Source: Candidatus Omnitrophota bacterium (lineage in GTDB: Bacteria; Omnitrophota; Gorgyraeia; Gygaellales; Profunditerraquicolaceae). From it: a DNA stretch of 64,000 nt. The position numbers and the translations under genes were made by a program. Location of the stretch: positions 270,252 through 334,251 of the forward strand of contig JBAZJY010000003.1 in assembly GCA_041651115.1 (NCBI GenBank), in the 5' to 3' direction. This document shows positions 52,957 to 63,061 of the stretch, one piece after another. How positions within the stretch are numbered: position 1 is the stretch's first letter; each line of letters opens with the position of its first letter. The notes beneath the pieces are model-generated. The model saw only the letters and a list, made by a program, of their open reading frames with translations, searched no databases and was not told where the DNA came from.

Positions 52957-53436
52957 TTAGTTCTTCGGCTGGCGCGCCGATATGCTTAATGCCGAGAACT
53001 TACGCAGTTCAACGTCAATAAGGCCGTCGAGAGCGACAAAAGAATCCTTTAATTTTTTGACCTGCTCTTTTATTTTCTTTTCTGCCGGTTTGAACGCATC
53101 AAGATTGCTTATGCCGAGCTTATTGCTGTTTTTCACTGTGCCCAGCCACGCGGTGATAAATTTGATCGCGCTTTCGCCGCTGTCTTTCTTAGTCAAAGTT
53201 TCAAAAATGCCCAGCATGGAAAAATAAGCGTCTAACTGTGTTGCCGTAAGTATGCAGGAATCGAACATAGCGGTCAAAACAACGCTATCTTTTGTTTTGG
53301 GGGTCATCAAGCCCCTTATTTCCTGCGCCTGCCCAAGGACCTGATCGCGCAAGTCTACGATTTTAGAATCCAAGGCATAGGCGTTAAAAACACAAAACAG
53401 GGTTAACAGCAGAAAAAATACAACAGCTCTTTTCAT
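52957..53436 (-). CDS. Hypothetical secreted protein (signal peptide), last gene of the pseudopilus cluster
   Basis: MKRAVVFFLLLTLFCVFNAYA signal; no recognisable domain. Confidence 0.5.
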   Translation of the reverse strand: MKRAVVFFLLLTLFCVFNAYALDSKIVDLRDQVLGQAQEIRGLMTPKTKDSVVLTAMFDSCILTATQLDAYFSMLGIFETLTKKDSGESAIKFITAWLGTVKNSNKLGISNLDAFKPAEKKIKEQVKKLKDSFVALDGLIDVELRKFSALSISARQPKN

Positions 53437-53455
53437 AGCATCCTCCTTTGCCCGG

Positions 53456-54022
53456 TTAGGCCATTACGATCATCGCGATAGTTATCGAGCACTGCACAGT
53501 GCCGGTCTCCTTGGATTTCGGGCTGATCTGGTACTTTTCAATATTAAAGAGCGAATTCAGGTTCTCAATATTATACATGAACTCAATGACCTGCTCCATC
53601 TGCCCTTCGCAGCTTAAAACCACCTGGAATTTCTTGGTCCCGTCTTTCTCGGCTTTCACGCCTGCCGGCTTCATATCAACGATATAAAGCGAACTCTTAC
53701 CGGCTTGGTTCTCGACCTCCTTGAGGAAAGACGTTGTCGCCTCTTCTTCCGATTCGGGAGAACTGAAAAAAGAGGCGTATTTCTTTGACTCCAGGATGAT
53801 CTTCTCTTTCTGGGCGAGCATGCGCATATCCCTGACAATGCCGGTTTCCCCCTCCTTTATCGCGTTGTTCAACGAATTAATCCTGGAATAAACCGGATAG
53901 ATGATCAGCCTGTCAAGCGCTACAAGGGACAATGCTGTGGCCGCGGCGTAAAAAATGATCTTTTCCCTTTTAGACAAGCCGGAAAGGACTTTAAGCAAAG
54001 GCTGCAGCTGAAGCTTAAACAT
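53456..54022 (-). CDS. GspM/PilO-like bitopic assembly protein
   Basis: Single N-terminal TM + coiled coil + periplasmic domain, 188 aa, positioned after the GspL-like gene. Confidence 0.55.
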   Translation of the reverse strand: MFKLQLQPLLKVLSGLSKREKIIFYAAATALSLVALDRLIIYPVYSRINSLNNAIKEGETGIVRDMRMLAQKEKIILESKKYASFFSSPESEEEATTSFLKEVENQAGKSSLYIVDMKPAGVKAEKDGTKKFQVVLSCEGQMEQVIEFMYNIENLNSLFNIEKYQISPKSKETGTVQCSITIAMIVMA

Positions 54023-55494
54023 TATATCTTCCTGCCTTCCTGAAAACCGGTAATTTCAAAGTCTGTAACGTCTTTAGTACCTTCTCTCCTCTTGGTGGTA
54101 TATTTAGTTTTTACTTCCTTAAAATACTTTGACTTTTCCAGCTCTTCAACAAAAGTAAATACCGCCGACATTGATTCCGAGGCGCCCCGGAGAGAAACCT
54201 TGCCCTGGTCATCGAATTTCACGTCGCTTAGTTGCAGCTCGTCGCTGACAAGATTATATAACTCTACCAGCACCTCCAGAGAATATCCCCGCGCCGCTAA
54301 ATAAGCTTTTATCCTGCTGATGCGGTCAAAATCGCTTTCCAGTTTTTTTGCCTCTTCGTTCAAGATCTGATACCTGTCGGTCACCCTCTTTAAATATAAT
54401 CCTTTAAAATAAATGCCCGTGACCATTATAAAAAAGATAAGGATAAAATTCATCAGGATAAAGATCCCTGTTTTAATCAGCTCTTTACCTCTTTCTTCAA
54501 GCGTCTTCCTCAGCTTTATCTCTTCGGGCACAAGGTCAACTTTAAGCTTATCCCATGAAAAAAGCGCGGCAATGATATGCATAAAGGACATCTGCTTGGC
54601 CAGCGAAGCGGCGCGTCCGGCCTCAGCCGCAATCGGGATGCTTTTTATGTAGGGCAGGACCTTAACCGGCAGGTGCATGCTGTTATTTAACGTATCCTCC
54701 AGTTCCCTTACCGGCTCTATCGCTCCGGTAAGAATAAGCATATTAGGTATCTTTTCTATGTCTTCGTTCTGATAGGCCTCAAGCGAATGCAACAATTCTT
54801 CGACGAATTTCACCTCGTATTTTTGCTTTTCCGCCAGGATATGCTGGGTCCCGATAGGGATGCTCCGGACGAAGATCGGCTTATTTTTATAGGCGATGAC
54901 AAAATCGGAATGGTTTTCATCAAGGTGCACGATATTCACGGGCGGATCGCCATTTTCAATCTTTAGCATCTTACCGGTAAATACGGCCAGCCCCTCGGCA
55001 GCCAGAAGCACCCTTTCAAGCCGAAGGCCTGCTTTATCAAGTATTTCAAGGTGCTTCTTTACCAGGCTGCGCGCTATAATTACCAGGAGTATTTTGGTAT
55101 AGCTGTTCTTATACGTGCCTATCTCAATGTAATCGGCAATGATCTCGTCGCGCGAATAAGGCGTATGCCTGCCTGCCTGGAGGTTGATGATCTCTTTTAT
55201 TTCCCGGGGGTCTACCGAAGGGACTTCGATGTTTTTTGTGATCACCGAATGCGAAGGGATTACGCTGATTACGCCGGGATTTTTGACTTTGAATTCCGTG
55301 GCGCTGCCCCTGACGACATTGGCAATGTCCTCGGCGATCAAGCCGCTGATATTGCGGGTGGCTATGCCGGCGATCTCAACTTTATTCAGAGAAATCACCG
55401 CATGGACGAACTTAAGATTATCGCCGGTAAAATCTATGCCGATCATTTCTTTGTTAACCATATCGGCGAATTTTTTTACGTTGATCCCAACCAT
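54022..55494 (-). CDS. GspL-like (PilM-PilN fusion type) assembly protein: cytoplasmic actin-like domain + TM + periplasmic domain
   Basis: 490 aa; PilM-like N-terminal region, central TM helix (IFILMNFILIFFIMVTGIYF), PilN-like C-terminus. Confidence 0.6.
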   Translation of the reverse strand: MVGINVKKFADMVNKEMIGIDFTGDNLKFVHAVISLNKVEIAGIATRNISGLIAEDIANVVRGSATEFKVKNPGVISVIPSHSVITKNIEVPSVDPREIKEIINLQAGRHTPYSRDEIIADYIEIGTYKNSYTKILLVIIARSLVKKHLEILDKAGLRLERVLLAAEGLAVFTGKMLKIENGDPPVNIVHLDENHSDFVIAYKNKPIFVRSIPIGTQHILAEKQKYEVKFVEELLHSLEAYQNEDIEKIPNMLILTGAIEPVRELEDTLNNSMHLPVKVLPYIKSIPIAAEAGRAASLAKQMSFMHIIAALFSWDKLKVDLVPEEIKLRKTLEERGKELIKTGIFILMNFILIFFIMVTGIYFKGLYLKRVTDRYQILNEEAKKLESDFDRISRIKAYLAARGYSLEVLVELYNLVSDELQLSDVKFDDQGKVSLRGASESMSAVFTFVEELEKSKYFKEVKTKYTTKRREGTKDVTDFEITGFQEGRKI

Positions 55495-56579
55495 CAGGGC
55501 TCCCGCCAGTATAAGATTTTCCCGTTACGGTCCAAAATGCAATAGATATCGCTTACGTTGGCGCTGTTGTTCAATTTTACCCGGCAGCGGACGAAGAAAT
55601 TTTCCGACCTGACACCAAGATATTTACCGGATATGTCGGTTAATTGTGCTAACTCACTGGAGCTTAAATGCGCGAACTCGCTGAGCTTCGGCACGATCTC
55701 TGAGGCCTGCACAAAAATGTTGTCGTCTTCGGTCCCGGTTACCCTGTCTTCTCCCGCGCGGAAAAGGATGATATTTTTTACGATATTTTCATCCAATCCC
55801 AATGCCGTCAACACGAGCTTGGAAGCAGTATTGATATTGACCCTGCCGCTGCCGTAGATTGTAACATAGTTTCTTACTTTACTGAATATATTTTCATCCA
55901 TGCCTTTAACCAATAATAATTCTTCCGGGATGTCAAACTTGGCGTTCTTTGCTTCATAAGGATACGGCAGGCCCTTGTAATAATTACTCTCCGCGCCTCC
56001 GGAAAATACCCCCGACTCAGCGTCGGAGTCGCGCCAGTCAATAATACAGGCTGCCAATTCCTGCGCCCGCGCTTCATCATATCCAAGTAAGCCCATAAAC
56101 AACTGCCGCAAAATCTTCAATACCGCTTCCTTATTTTCACTGGATATGGTATTTACGTTGATCTTGCTCTCTTCGTCAACGAGCCCGTAACGCAAGCCCT
56201 GATCGCCCGACTCTTCGTCAACGTAATCATAACAGATATTGGCAGTCCCCGCGCCTACGCCTATATTCATGAATACGGCCGGGTTGCTGCTCCAGGCGCC
56301 GTTTAATGCGGCATACTGCGGGCCTTCCATCTGCCATTTTTTTAATTCAGAAATTGTTTTTTTTACCCCTGCCTCGGCAATAAAACGCAGGCTCGCCCGT
56401 TCATCCAGCCGCTTTGCCATCACTGCCTTCTGCCTCACCTGATAACCCAATATTACCGCAAACGCGGAAAGCAGGCAAAGAGACCACAGGACGATCACTA
56501 AAATACTCCCTGCGCAATTAACCCGCGATGGGGATAAATACTGACTGTATAAATTTACGTGTCTGATCGCCATCTCCAA
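55494..56579 (-). CDS. GspK-like minor pseudopilin
   Basis: N-terminal hydrophobic segment (GSILVIVLWSLCLLSAF), large periplasmic domain with helix-hairpin-helix-like VNINTASKLVLTALGLDENI. Confidence 0.6.
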   Translation of the reverse strand: MEMAIRHVNLYSQYLSPSRVNCAGSILVIVLWSLCLLSAFAVILGYQVRQKAVMAKRLDERASLRFIAEAGVKKTISELKKWQMEGPQYAALNGAWSSNPAVFMNIGVGAGTANICYDYVDEESGDQGLRYGLVDEESKINVNTISSENKEAVLKILRQLFMGLLGYDEARAQELAACIIDWRDSDAESGVFSGGAESNYYKGLPYPYEAKNAKFDIPEELLLVKGMDENIFSKVRNYVTIYGSGRVNINTASKLVLTALGLDENIVKNIILFRAGEDRVTGTEDDNIFVQASEIVPKLSEFAHLSSSELAQLTDISGKYLGVRSENFFVRCRVKLNNSANVSDIYCILDRNGKILYWREP

Positions 56580-57108
56580 TTTCCAATTCTACCTTGACTG
56601 CCGGAGGCATCCCGGATTTCTGCCATGTATCCTGCCAAAAGTATATGCCGTCATCCTCTTTAAAAACATAATATTGGAATTTTAACGATTTTATATTAGT
56701 TAAAGACTGGGTAAGGCTTCCCTGGCTGCTGCCGCTATATACCTGGGAATAATCATCCTGCTGCCGGGTTAAAAGCTCGGCCTGCGGGTCATAAGAATAG
56801 GTAACCTGCCCCACGGTGGTATTCTGAAGGCGGGTGCTTTTTACAAGCGTAGGCAGGGATAATTCTTCTTCTCTTCCGGAAAAGTTTATTGAAGCCGAGT
56901 TTACGCCGTTACGCAGGTCGCGGGAAAATTTATCAAGGAAGATCACGGCATCTTCCTGAGGCAGCTGCCTGGTTATCTTCTGCCATATCCTGAGGCCGTT
57001 ATTCAATACCCCGTACATTGCCATTGAAACCATTGCCAGGAGGGTAACAACCAGCAGTAACTCTATCAAGGTAAGGCCAGTTTTTGTTTTCCGGTCTGGA
57101 TGCATCAT
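56518..57108 (-). CDS. GspJ-like minor pseudopilin (prepilin-type N-terminal cleavage/methylation domain)
   Basis: KTGLTLIELLLVVTLLAMV class III signal. Confidence 0.6.
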   Translation of the reverse strand: MMHPDRKTKTGLTLIELLLVVTLLAMVSMAMYGVLNNGLRIWQKITRQLPQEDAVIFLDKFSRDLRNGVNSASINFSGREEELSLPTLVKSTRLQNTTVGQVTYSYDPQAELLTRQQDDYSQVYSGSSQGSLTQSLTNIKSLKFQYYVFKEDDGIYFWQDTWQKSGMPPAVKVELEIGDGDQTRKFIQSVFIPIAG

Positions 57109-57569
57109 TTTTCCCGCAATATCTCATATGTGCTTCTTGAAAGCGCCAAATTTCTTTTGCCGGTCTTCCATGAAAGGGAAAGGTCCAGGGCGTACAGCCG
57201 CGCCTGCTCATCGAGCGGGCCGCAAGCTAAACTCCACCGGAAAATTTTATTGTTTTCCGTAAACTCTCCGCCTTCCTGGCCGGCCAAAGGGACCCCCTGC
57301 CTGAGTTTATCCTGTGCCTGCCAGATCCTATTATCCGCCCAGGAAGCAACGTTCAAGTAGTCGGTATAATAATTAAAGGTATCCAAAGAAATAAAGAAAG
57401 CTTCGTATACCAATACCGTGCCCAGCGCCAGGGCCGCAGAGGCAGCCATTACTTCCAAAAAAGTGAATCCTGCAACGGCCCGCTTAATCCCAGTTTTTAA
57501 CATCATCTGAACTCTCAACGCCGTCTTTACCCAGCGAATAAAGGTCGTAATCGGCCGGCCGGTGCTCAC
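57105..57569 (-). CDS. GspI-like minor pseudopilin
   Basis: AGFTFLEVMAASAALALG prepilin-type N-terminus; 154 aa. Confidence 0.55.
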   Translation of the reverse strand: MSTGRPITTFIRWVKTALRVQMMLKTGIKRAVAGFTFLEVMAASAALALGTVLVYEAFFISLDTFNYYTDYLNVASWADNRIWQAQDKLRQGVPLAGQEGGEFTENNKIFRWSLACGPLDEQARLYALDLSLSWKTGKRNLALSRSTYEILREK

Positions 57570-57897
57570 CGGGGCATTTATATTTATATTCCCTGCCCCA
57601 GGGATCTATGGGCTTTTTTTCAATATACGGCCCGTGCCAGTTTGTTGCTGATCCGGGTTTATCAAGTAGGGCGTTCAACCCTTCATCCGAACTGGGGAAA
57701 CTGCCGTTATCCAGCTCATATAATTTTAAGGCAGTGGCAATATTGGCGCGGATATCCGCTTCCGCGGCGGTAGAACGCGCCTGCTCAGTTCGGCCGGTAA
57801 GCCGGGGCATGACCATAGCTACGAGGGCGCCGATAATAATCACGACCAGCATCAGCTCAATAAGCGTAAATGCCCTTACAGCGTGTTTTTTATCCAT
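57484..57897 (-). CDS. gspG: Type II secretion major pseudopilin GspG
   Basis: AFTLIELMLVV...YELDNGSFPSSDEGLNALLDKP...WHGPYIEKKPIDPWGREYKY; start at MDKKHA. Confidence 0.8.
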   Translation of the reverse strand: MDKKHAVRAFTLIELMLVVIIIGALVAMVMPRLTGRTEQARSTAAEADIRANIATALKLYELDNGSFPSSDEGLNALLDKPGSATNWHGPYIEKKPIDPWGREYKYKCPGEHRPADYDLYSLGKDGVESSDDVKNWD

Positions 57898-58753
57898 TGT
57901 TTTTCTCCTCCAGGTATTTTCTCCATTCATTATCCAGCTCTGCGATGCTGCGGATATGCATCGGATAAACAAATCTAAGCGCCTCCTCGAGGGATTTACC
58001 GTCGCGCAGCTGCCGGCAGAGCTCAATGAATTTCTCCGAACCGAAACGCACAATCAAAAAGTCCACCAGCGATACCGCTTGCAGATAAAACGCATTCACC
58101 AGTTTCTCGCCGCTTAAAAACAATACCCCTTTCCTGTTATCGTTTGTAGTTACGGTATTGATATAGATGCTTTCGTCTGCCCTTATTTTCCTGACATCCA
58201 GAACCATCATCTCTTCCAGCGGCAATACCAGATTATCTTTATAGGCCTGGCTTGCCATGGCTTTTATGTAATTCCTGTCCGGCTTTTCCGCCCATTGCGC
58301 AATGCCTTCATCCAGCCAGAGGGGCACTTCGCCTTTAAAACCCACGAAGTCCCGGAAGATCAAATGCGCCATCTCATGCGGCAGGAGGGATTCCACAAAA
58401 CCCTTGCTCCAGGCATAACTGATTATTTTTTTACCACGGTAATCAGCCATACCCTGCGACCAATAGGGCTGGTGCGTGGCGGAAATAAAAGACTTATGGT
58501 CGGGATAGATATAGATCTTTACGCGGTTGTCCCACGTCCAAAATTCCGAATAGCGCGCGTATCCGAGGTCTCCGGCGATCCTCTTGTAATAATATTCGCT
58601 TTTATCCAGTACGTTCTTCGCAAATCCCGGGTCATTCGTGAAATAGACGATAAAGTGTTCGCTTTTAAGCTGTTCCCAATCCTGGCCGCAGGCATTCTGT
58701 TGCGGCAGCAAAAAACACAAAGATGTTAACGCGCAGAGTATTGCTCCCCTCAT
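57890..58753 (-). CDS. Secreted HExxH protein (putative zinc metallopeptidase), possible cargo of the secretion system
   Basis: Signal peptide MRGAILCALTSLCFLLPQQNACG; LLPHEMAHLIF motif; 287 aa. Confidence 0.5.
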   Translation of the reverse strand: MRGAILCALTSLCFLLPQQNACGQDWEQLKSEHFIVYFTNDPGFAKNVLDKSEYYYKRIAGDLGYARYSEFWTWDNRVKIYIYPDHKSFISATHQPYWSQGMADYRGKKIISYAWSKGFVESLLPHEMAHLIFRDFVGFKGEVPLWLDEGIAQWAEKPDRNYIKAMASQAYKDNLVLPLEEMMVLDVRKIRADESIYINTVTTNDNRKGVLFLSGEKLVNAFYLQAVSLVDFLIVRFGSEKFIELCRQLRDGKSLEEALRFVYPMHIRSIAELDNEWRKYLEEKNNG

Positions 58754-59505
58754 AATCCTTTCAGTTGCTTAATCTTATTTATTTCCTCATATATTTTATC
58801 TATCTCAAAAGGTTTATACAGGCACCCCTTGATATTAAGCTTCAGCTGCTTGATATCTTCACAACGCTCGACATACCCGGTGATCAGAATAATCGCCAAG
58901 TCCGGCTTTGCCTCTTGTATCTTTAAATAAAGCTCCGCTCCCTGCATATCCGGAAGCACCGTATCCACAAACGCCAGGTCAAAATCCTTTTCTTTCAGGC
59001 TTTCCAGCGCTTCTTTGCCGGTTTTAGCCGTAACCACGTCGTAGATGTCTTCTTTAAGCAGCTTTTTGAAAAAATTTAAGACTACTTCTTCGTCATCGAC
59101 AATAAGCATCTTCAAAACACCCCGAGGCGTCTTATTTTTTATGCAACCGTCAATAAGTTTTTTTATTTGCATCACGTCAAAGGGCTTTTTAAGCGCGTGG
59201 GCTACGCCTTCCTTCTTGGCCTGCTCAAGGATCTCATTCACCGCATAGCCCGTCATCATCACGTACGTAGTATCCGGGCTTATTTTTTTGAGCTCCCTGA
59301 ATGTTTCCAGGCCGTCAATACCGGGCATTCTGACATCAAGGAATACGAGGTCGTAGCTGGATTTCTTTGCCATCTCAATCGCCTTGAACCCGTTCTCCGC
59401 GGCTTCAGCGTTCAAGCCGTTTACGGTCAAAAGCTGGGTCAAGAAATTCCTCACCACTTCCTCGTCGTCAACAATCAACACATTAATATTTTTTTTAGCA
59501 TCCAT
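58750..59505 (-). CDS. Tandem-receiver (REC-REC) response regulator without output domain
   Basis: Two complete receiver domains, each with DD, phospho-acceptor D, T and K residues (VLIVDDEE...FLDVRMPGIDGLETF...MMTGYAV...KKPFD; MLIVDDEE...FVDTVLPDM...ILITGYV...YKPFE). Confidence 0.85.
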   Translation of the reverse strand: MDAKKNINVLIVDDEEVVRNFLTQLLTVNGLNAEAAENGFKAIEMAKKSSYDLVFLDVRMPGIDGLETFRELKKISPDTTYVMMTGYAVNEILEQAKKEGVAHALKKPFDVMQIKKLIDGCIKNKTPRGVLKMLIVDDEEVVLNFFKKLLKEDIYDVVTAKTGKEALESLKEKDFDLAFVDTVLPDMQGAELYLKIQEAKPDLAIILITGYVERCEDIKQLKLNIKGCLYKPFEIDKIYEEINKIKQLKGL

Positions 59506-59548
59506 TTATCCGTATCTCCTCTCTTACAGAAATCTACTACAGCACCTT

Positions 59549-61081
59549 CTAATCCGATTCGTAACTTACGCGCAGCACTTCCTTTAAAGTAGTTATCCCG
59601 TTGATAACCTTTTCGCAGCCATCCTGATATAAGGTTCTCATGCCGTTTGCCTGCGCCGCCTGCTTAATTTCGGCAGCCGGGCATTTTTTAGTGACCATCT
59701 CTTTTATCGGATCATCAATAACCAGCAATTCAAAGATACCAATGCGCCCCTTATACCCGGTATGCCGGCAAAAAAGACAGCCCTTGGAACGAAAAAGGCC
59801 AGCCTTTGCATCTTTATCCATGCCCAAACTTTGACGGATTTCTTCATTAGGAGAATACTCTTCTTTGCATTTCGGGCAAATGACCCTTACCAGCCTCTGC
59901 GCCAGAATGCCGATAACGCTGGCAGAGATCAAGAACGGCTCAATGCCCATATCAACCAGCCTGGTGATCGCGCCGGAAGCGTCATTGGTGTGCAGGGTGG
60001 AAAAAACCAAATGCCCAGTAAGCGCTGCGCGAATAGCGATCTGCGCAGTCTCCAGATCCCTGATTTCGCCGACCATGATAATGTCCGGGTCCTGGCGCAG
60101 TATTGCCTTTAAGCCGCTGGCAAAAGTAAAGTTTATTTCGGGGTCTACCTCACCCTGATTTATCCCCTGCAAAAGCTGCTCCCGCGGGTCCTCAAGGGTT
60201 ATAATATTCTTCTCCTGCGAATTTAATTTTGTCAACGTTGAATACAAGGTGGAAGTCTTTCCGCTGCCGGTCGGCCCGGTAACCAGAATTATCCCGAACG
60301 GCTTACGAATCAACGATTCAAAAACCTGTAAATTCTGCGCGGAAAACCCTAATTTATCAAGGCTTAAAAACGCGGAAACGCGGTCTAATATCCTGATCAC
60401 CACTTTCTCGCCGAAAGCGATCGGAAAGGTAGAGATACGCAGATCCACTTCCCGGTCTTCTATGCGCACGCGAAAACGCCCGTCTTGAGGCAGGCGGTGG
60501 TCTGTGATGTCTAATCCGGCAACGACCTTGATCCGCGGCACAACGGGCAAATTCATTCCCCGCGGAAAAGCGGCAAGCACGTGCATGATGCCGTCTATCC
60601 TTAGGCGGACTTTTACCTGCTCTTCTTCCGGCTCGATATGTATGTCGCTGGCATTATCTTTTATCGCCTGCGCGATGATCAAGTTAACCAGCTTTATTAC
60701 CGGCGGCTCTTCAACTATCCTCTGTATCCTTACCAGATCAAGTTTATCTTCCTGCACAAACGTAACCCCGCCTGCCTGCAGGCCCTTAATGATATCGTCG
60801 ATGGAGTTGCTCACGGTATAATATTGCTCAATTGCCTTGACAATCTCAACCGGGTCTGCCTTTACTGCCTGGATCTTGCATCCGGAAACCGCCGCTGCCT
60901 CATCTAATGCGATAAAATCAGCCGGATTACTCATCGCAACGGTCAAAGTATCCCGGACCTGAAAAATAGGAATGATCTTATGCCTCCTGGCTACTCTTTC
61001 GGGAATAGTATTTAATATAGCGGGATCGATTATATAATTATTCAGGTCAACCGAAGGGACGTCTTTACCGGGTTTAAGCAT
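59549..61081 (-). CDS. gspE: GspE/PilB-family secretion ATPase
   Basis: T2SE N-terminal domain, Walker A GPTGSGKTSTL, tetracysteine CPKC...CLFC, 510 aa. Confidence 0.9.
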   Translation of the reverse strand: MLKPGKDVPSVDLNNYIIDPAILNTIPERVARRHKIIPIFQVRDTLTVAMSNPADFIALDEAAAVSGCKIQAVKADPVEIVKAIEQYYTVSNSIDDIIKGLQAGGVTFVQEDKLDLVRIQRIVEEPPVIKLVNLIIAQAIKDNASDIHIEPEEEQVKVRLRIDGIMHVLAAFPRGMNLPVVPRIKVVAGLDITDHRLPQDGRFRVRIEDREVDLRISTFPIAFGEKVVIRILDRVSAFLSLDKLGFSAQNLQVFESLIRKPFGIILVTGPTGSGKTSTLYSTLTKLNSQEKNIITLEDPREQLLQGINQGEVDPEINFTFASGLKAILRQDPDIIMVGEIRDLETAQIAIRAALTGHLVFSTLHTNDASGAITRLVDMGIEPFLISASVIGILAQRLVRVICPKCKEEYSPNEEIRQSLGMDKDAKAGLFRSKGCLFCRHTGYKGRIGIFELLVIDDPIKEMVTKKCPAAEIKQAAQANGMRTLYQDGCEKVINGITTLKEVLRVSYESD

Positions 61082-61451
61082 CCTTCCCCTCCAATAGCTC
61101 TTTTATTTTAGCGGTAAGCTCCTTTAGATCAAACGGCTTGGTAATATAGCAGTCCGCGCCTACTTTCTCGCCCCATTCCTTATCTTCTTTTTGGCTTTTT
61201 GCCGTGAGCATGATCACCGGTATATTCTTATACCTTTGATCAAATTTTAAGAGCCGGCAGACCTGATATCCGTCCATGTCCGGAAGCATCAAATCCAAAA
61301 TAATCAGGTCCGGATTTTCCGACTTTGCCTTATTATAAGCGGTATTTCCGTCGGTAGCAACCGTGACTTCATAGCCGGTTGCCTCCAGCCGCATCTTTAT
61401 GGTCGTAACAATATCCGGCTCATCATCTACCAAAAGGATCTTTTTAGCCAT
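61074..61451 (-). CDS. Single-domain CheY-like response regulator
   Basis: KILLVDDEPDIV...LIILDLMLPDMDGY...VIMLTAK...KPFD. Confidence 0.85.
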   Translation of the reverse strand: MAKKILLVDDEPDIVTTIKMRLEATGYEVTVATDGNTAYNKAKSENPDLIILDLMLPDMDGYQVCRLLKFDQRYKNIPVIMLTAKSQKEDKEWGEKVGADCYITKPFDLKELTAKIKELLEGKDA

Positions 61452-63061
61452 TATAACGCAACCTCCTTAATCGGAAGCGTAAAGCTTAATTTGCTCCCCT
61501 TGCCTAATTCGCTCTCTGCCCAGATCTTCCCACCGTGCTTTTCCACGATGCCTTTGGATATACTAAGGCCTAAGCCGGTGCCCTTAACCAGCGCTTTAGC
61601 GCCAGGCCGGCTGACTTGATAAAATTTATCAAAAATCTTTTCCAAGTCAGCCGTGGGTATGCCTGAGCCGGTGTCTATGACGTCAGTTTGGATAAAATCT
61701 CCTTCTCTGAATATATTAACGTTGATTGAACCGCCGGAAAGCGTAAATTTCAAAGCATTGCCTACAAGATTAGTGATCACCTGCGTGATCCTGTCGGCAT
61801 CCGCCTGAATGCGCGGCAGGCCGGCTGTAAAAGAAGAGGATAATTTGATCCCTTTTTCTTCTGCGATCTTTTGCAAGAAACCGATGGCATCGCTTGCCAG
61901 CGCAGCGATATCCAATTGCTGCTTATTTAACTGTATCCTGCCTGCTTCAATACGCGAAATATCCAAGAGTTCAGAGATCAAACGGTTTAGGCGGTCAATA
62001 TTGCGCTCGATAAGCAGGAGGCATTCATTCTGGCTTTGGTTCAGGCTGCCGGTAATCCCTTCCAACAGGTTCTCGGCCGCGCCTTTCATCGCCGCTAAAG
62101 GCGTGCGCAACTCATGGGAAACCAAAGAAACAAAATCATTTTTCATCCGCTCAATCTCCCGCTCTTTGGTCACGTTCCTCAAAACCATTACCACGCCCAG
62201 CGGCTTCTCCGTTTCATCCTGTATGCAATTTGTTTCAACGTGGATGATCCGGGCAGACGGCTTCTCCATATATATTTCCTTGATCGGCGGAAAACATACC
62301 TTCTTTTTTACGGCGTCGGGCGGATTGCTTAATCCCGATTCATGGAAAAATTTTAACAGCGCTGCGGCATCCAATTCCTGATGGTAGTAACCCAATATAT
62401 CCCGGGCCGCGGCATTAAAAATAACCACCTGATTTTTTTCATCAAACATGATTACCCCTTCCGACATCCGCTCTACCATTATCTTCATCTTGCTTTTCTC
62501 GGCTGCCAGTACGGACTGCAATCTTTCAATCGCAGACGAAGCCTGAGAGGCAATAGTATAAAATAATTTTATGTCGTCGTCGGAATAAAAAACATTTTTA
62601 ACGCTGCTTACGCTTAATATACCTACTGCCTTGTCCCTTAGGAACAGCGGGACGTCAAAAGACGAGATTATCGACTGAAGCGGAGAACCCGCTTCTGCCA
62701 ACTCCCCCTTAAAATCCATGGCCAGTTCTTCTTCGGCGACTGCCTCCCCCCTTAAGTTATTTAAAGCAGACAACACCTTGCGTTTTGCCGAATCAATAAC
62801 CTCCGTTTTTAATGGATGTGCTATGCGGACCGCCATTTTTGCCTTTTTTTCTTCTTCAGAAACGATCAACGATATACAAAGGTCGTAATCTATGATCTTA
62901 TACAGGGAATCCATGATAAAACGCAGAATATCGTCATAATTAAGCGTATAGCTGATGCTGTTGCTTATATCATAAAGCACGGATAATTCAAAAAGCCGCT
63001 GTTTTAGCTCTTGCGAAAGGCACTGATTCTCTTCCTTTAATTTTTCCGTCTCAACCGTCAT
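61451..63061 (-). CDS. Sensor histidine kinase with GAF and PAS-like sensory domains (cytoplasmic)
   Basis: HisKA H-box [19 protein letters not shown]; HATPase_c G-boxes ([18 protein letters not shown]); no TM helix evident. Confidence 0.85.
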   Translation of the reverse strand: MTVETEKLKEENQCLSQELKQRLFELSVLYDISNSISYTLNYDDILRFIMDSLYKIIDYDLCISLIVSEEEKKAKMAVRIAHPLKTEVIDSAKRKVLSALNNLRGEAVAEEELAMDFKGELAEAGSPLQSIISSFDVPLFLRDKAVGILSVSSVKNVFYSDDDIKLFYTIASQASSAIERLQSVLAAEKSKMKIMVERMSEGVIMFDEKNQVVIFNAAARDILGYYHQELDAAALLKFFHESGLSNPPDAVKKKVCFPPIKEIYMEKPSARIIHVETNCIQDETEKPLGVVMVLRNVTKEREIERMKNDFVSLVSHELRTPLAAMKGAAENLLEGITGSLNQSQNECLLLIERNIDRLNRLISELLDISRIEAGRIQLNKQQLDIAALASDAIGFLQKIAEEKGIKLSSSFTAGLPRIQADADRITQVITNLVGNALKFTLSGGSINVNIFREGDFIQTDVIDTGSGIPTADLEKIFDKFYQVSRPGAKALVKGTGLGLSISKGIVEKHGGKIWAESELGKGSKLSFTLPIKEVAL

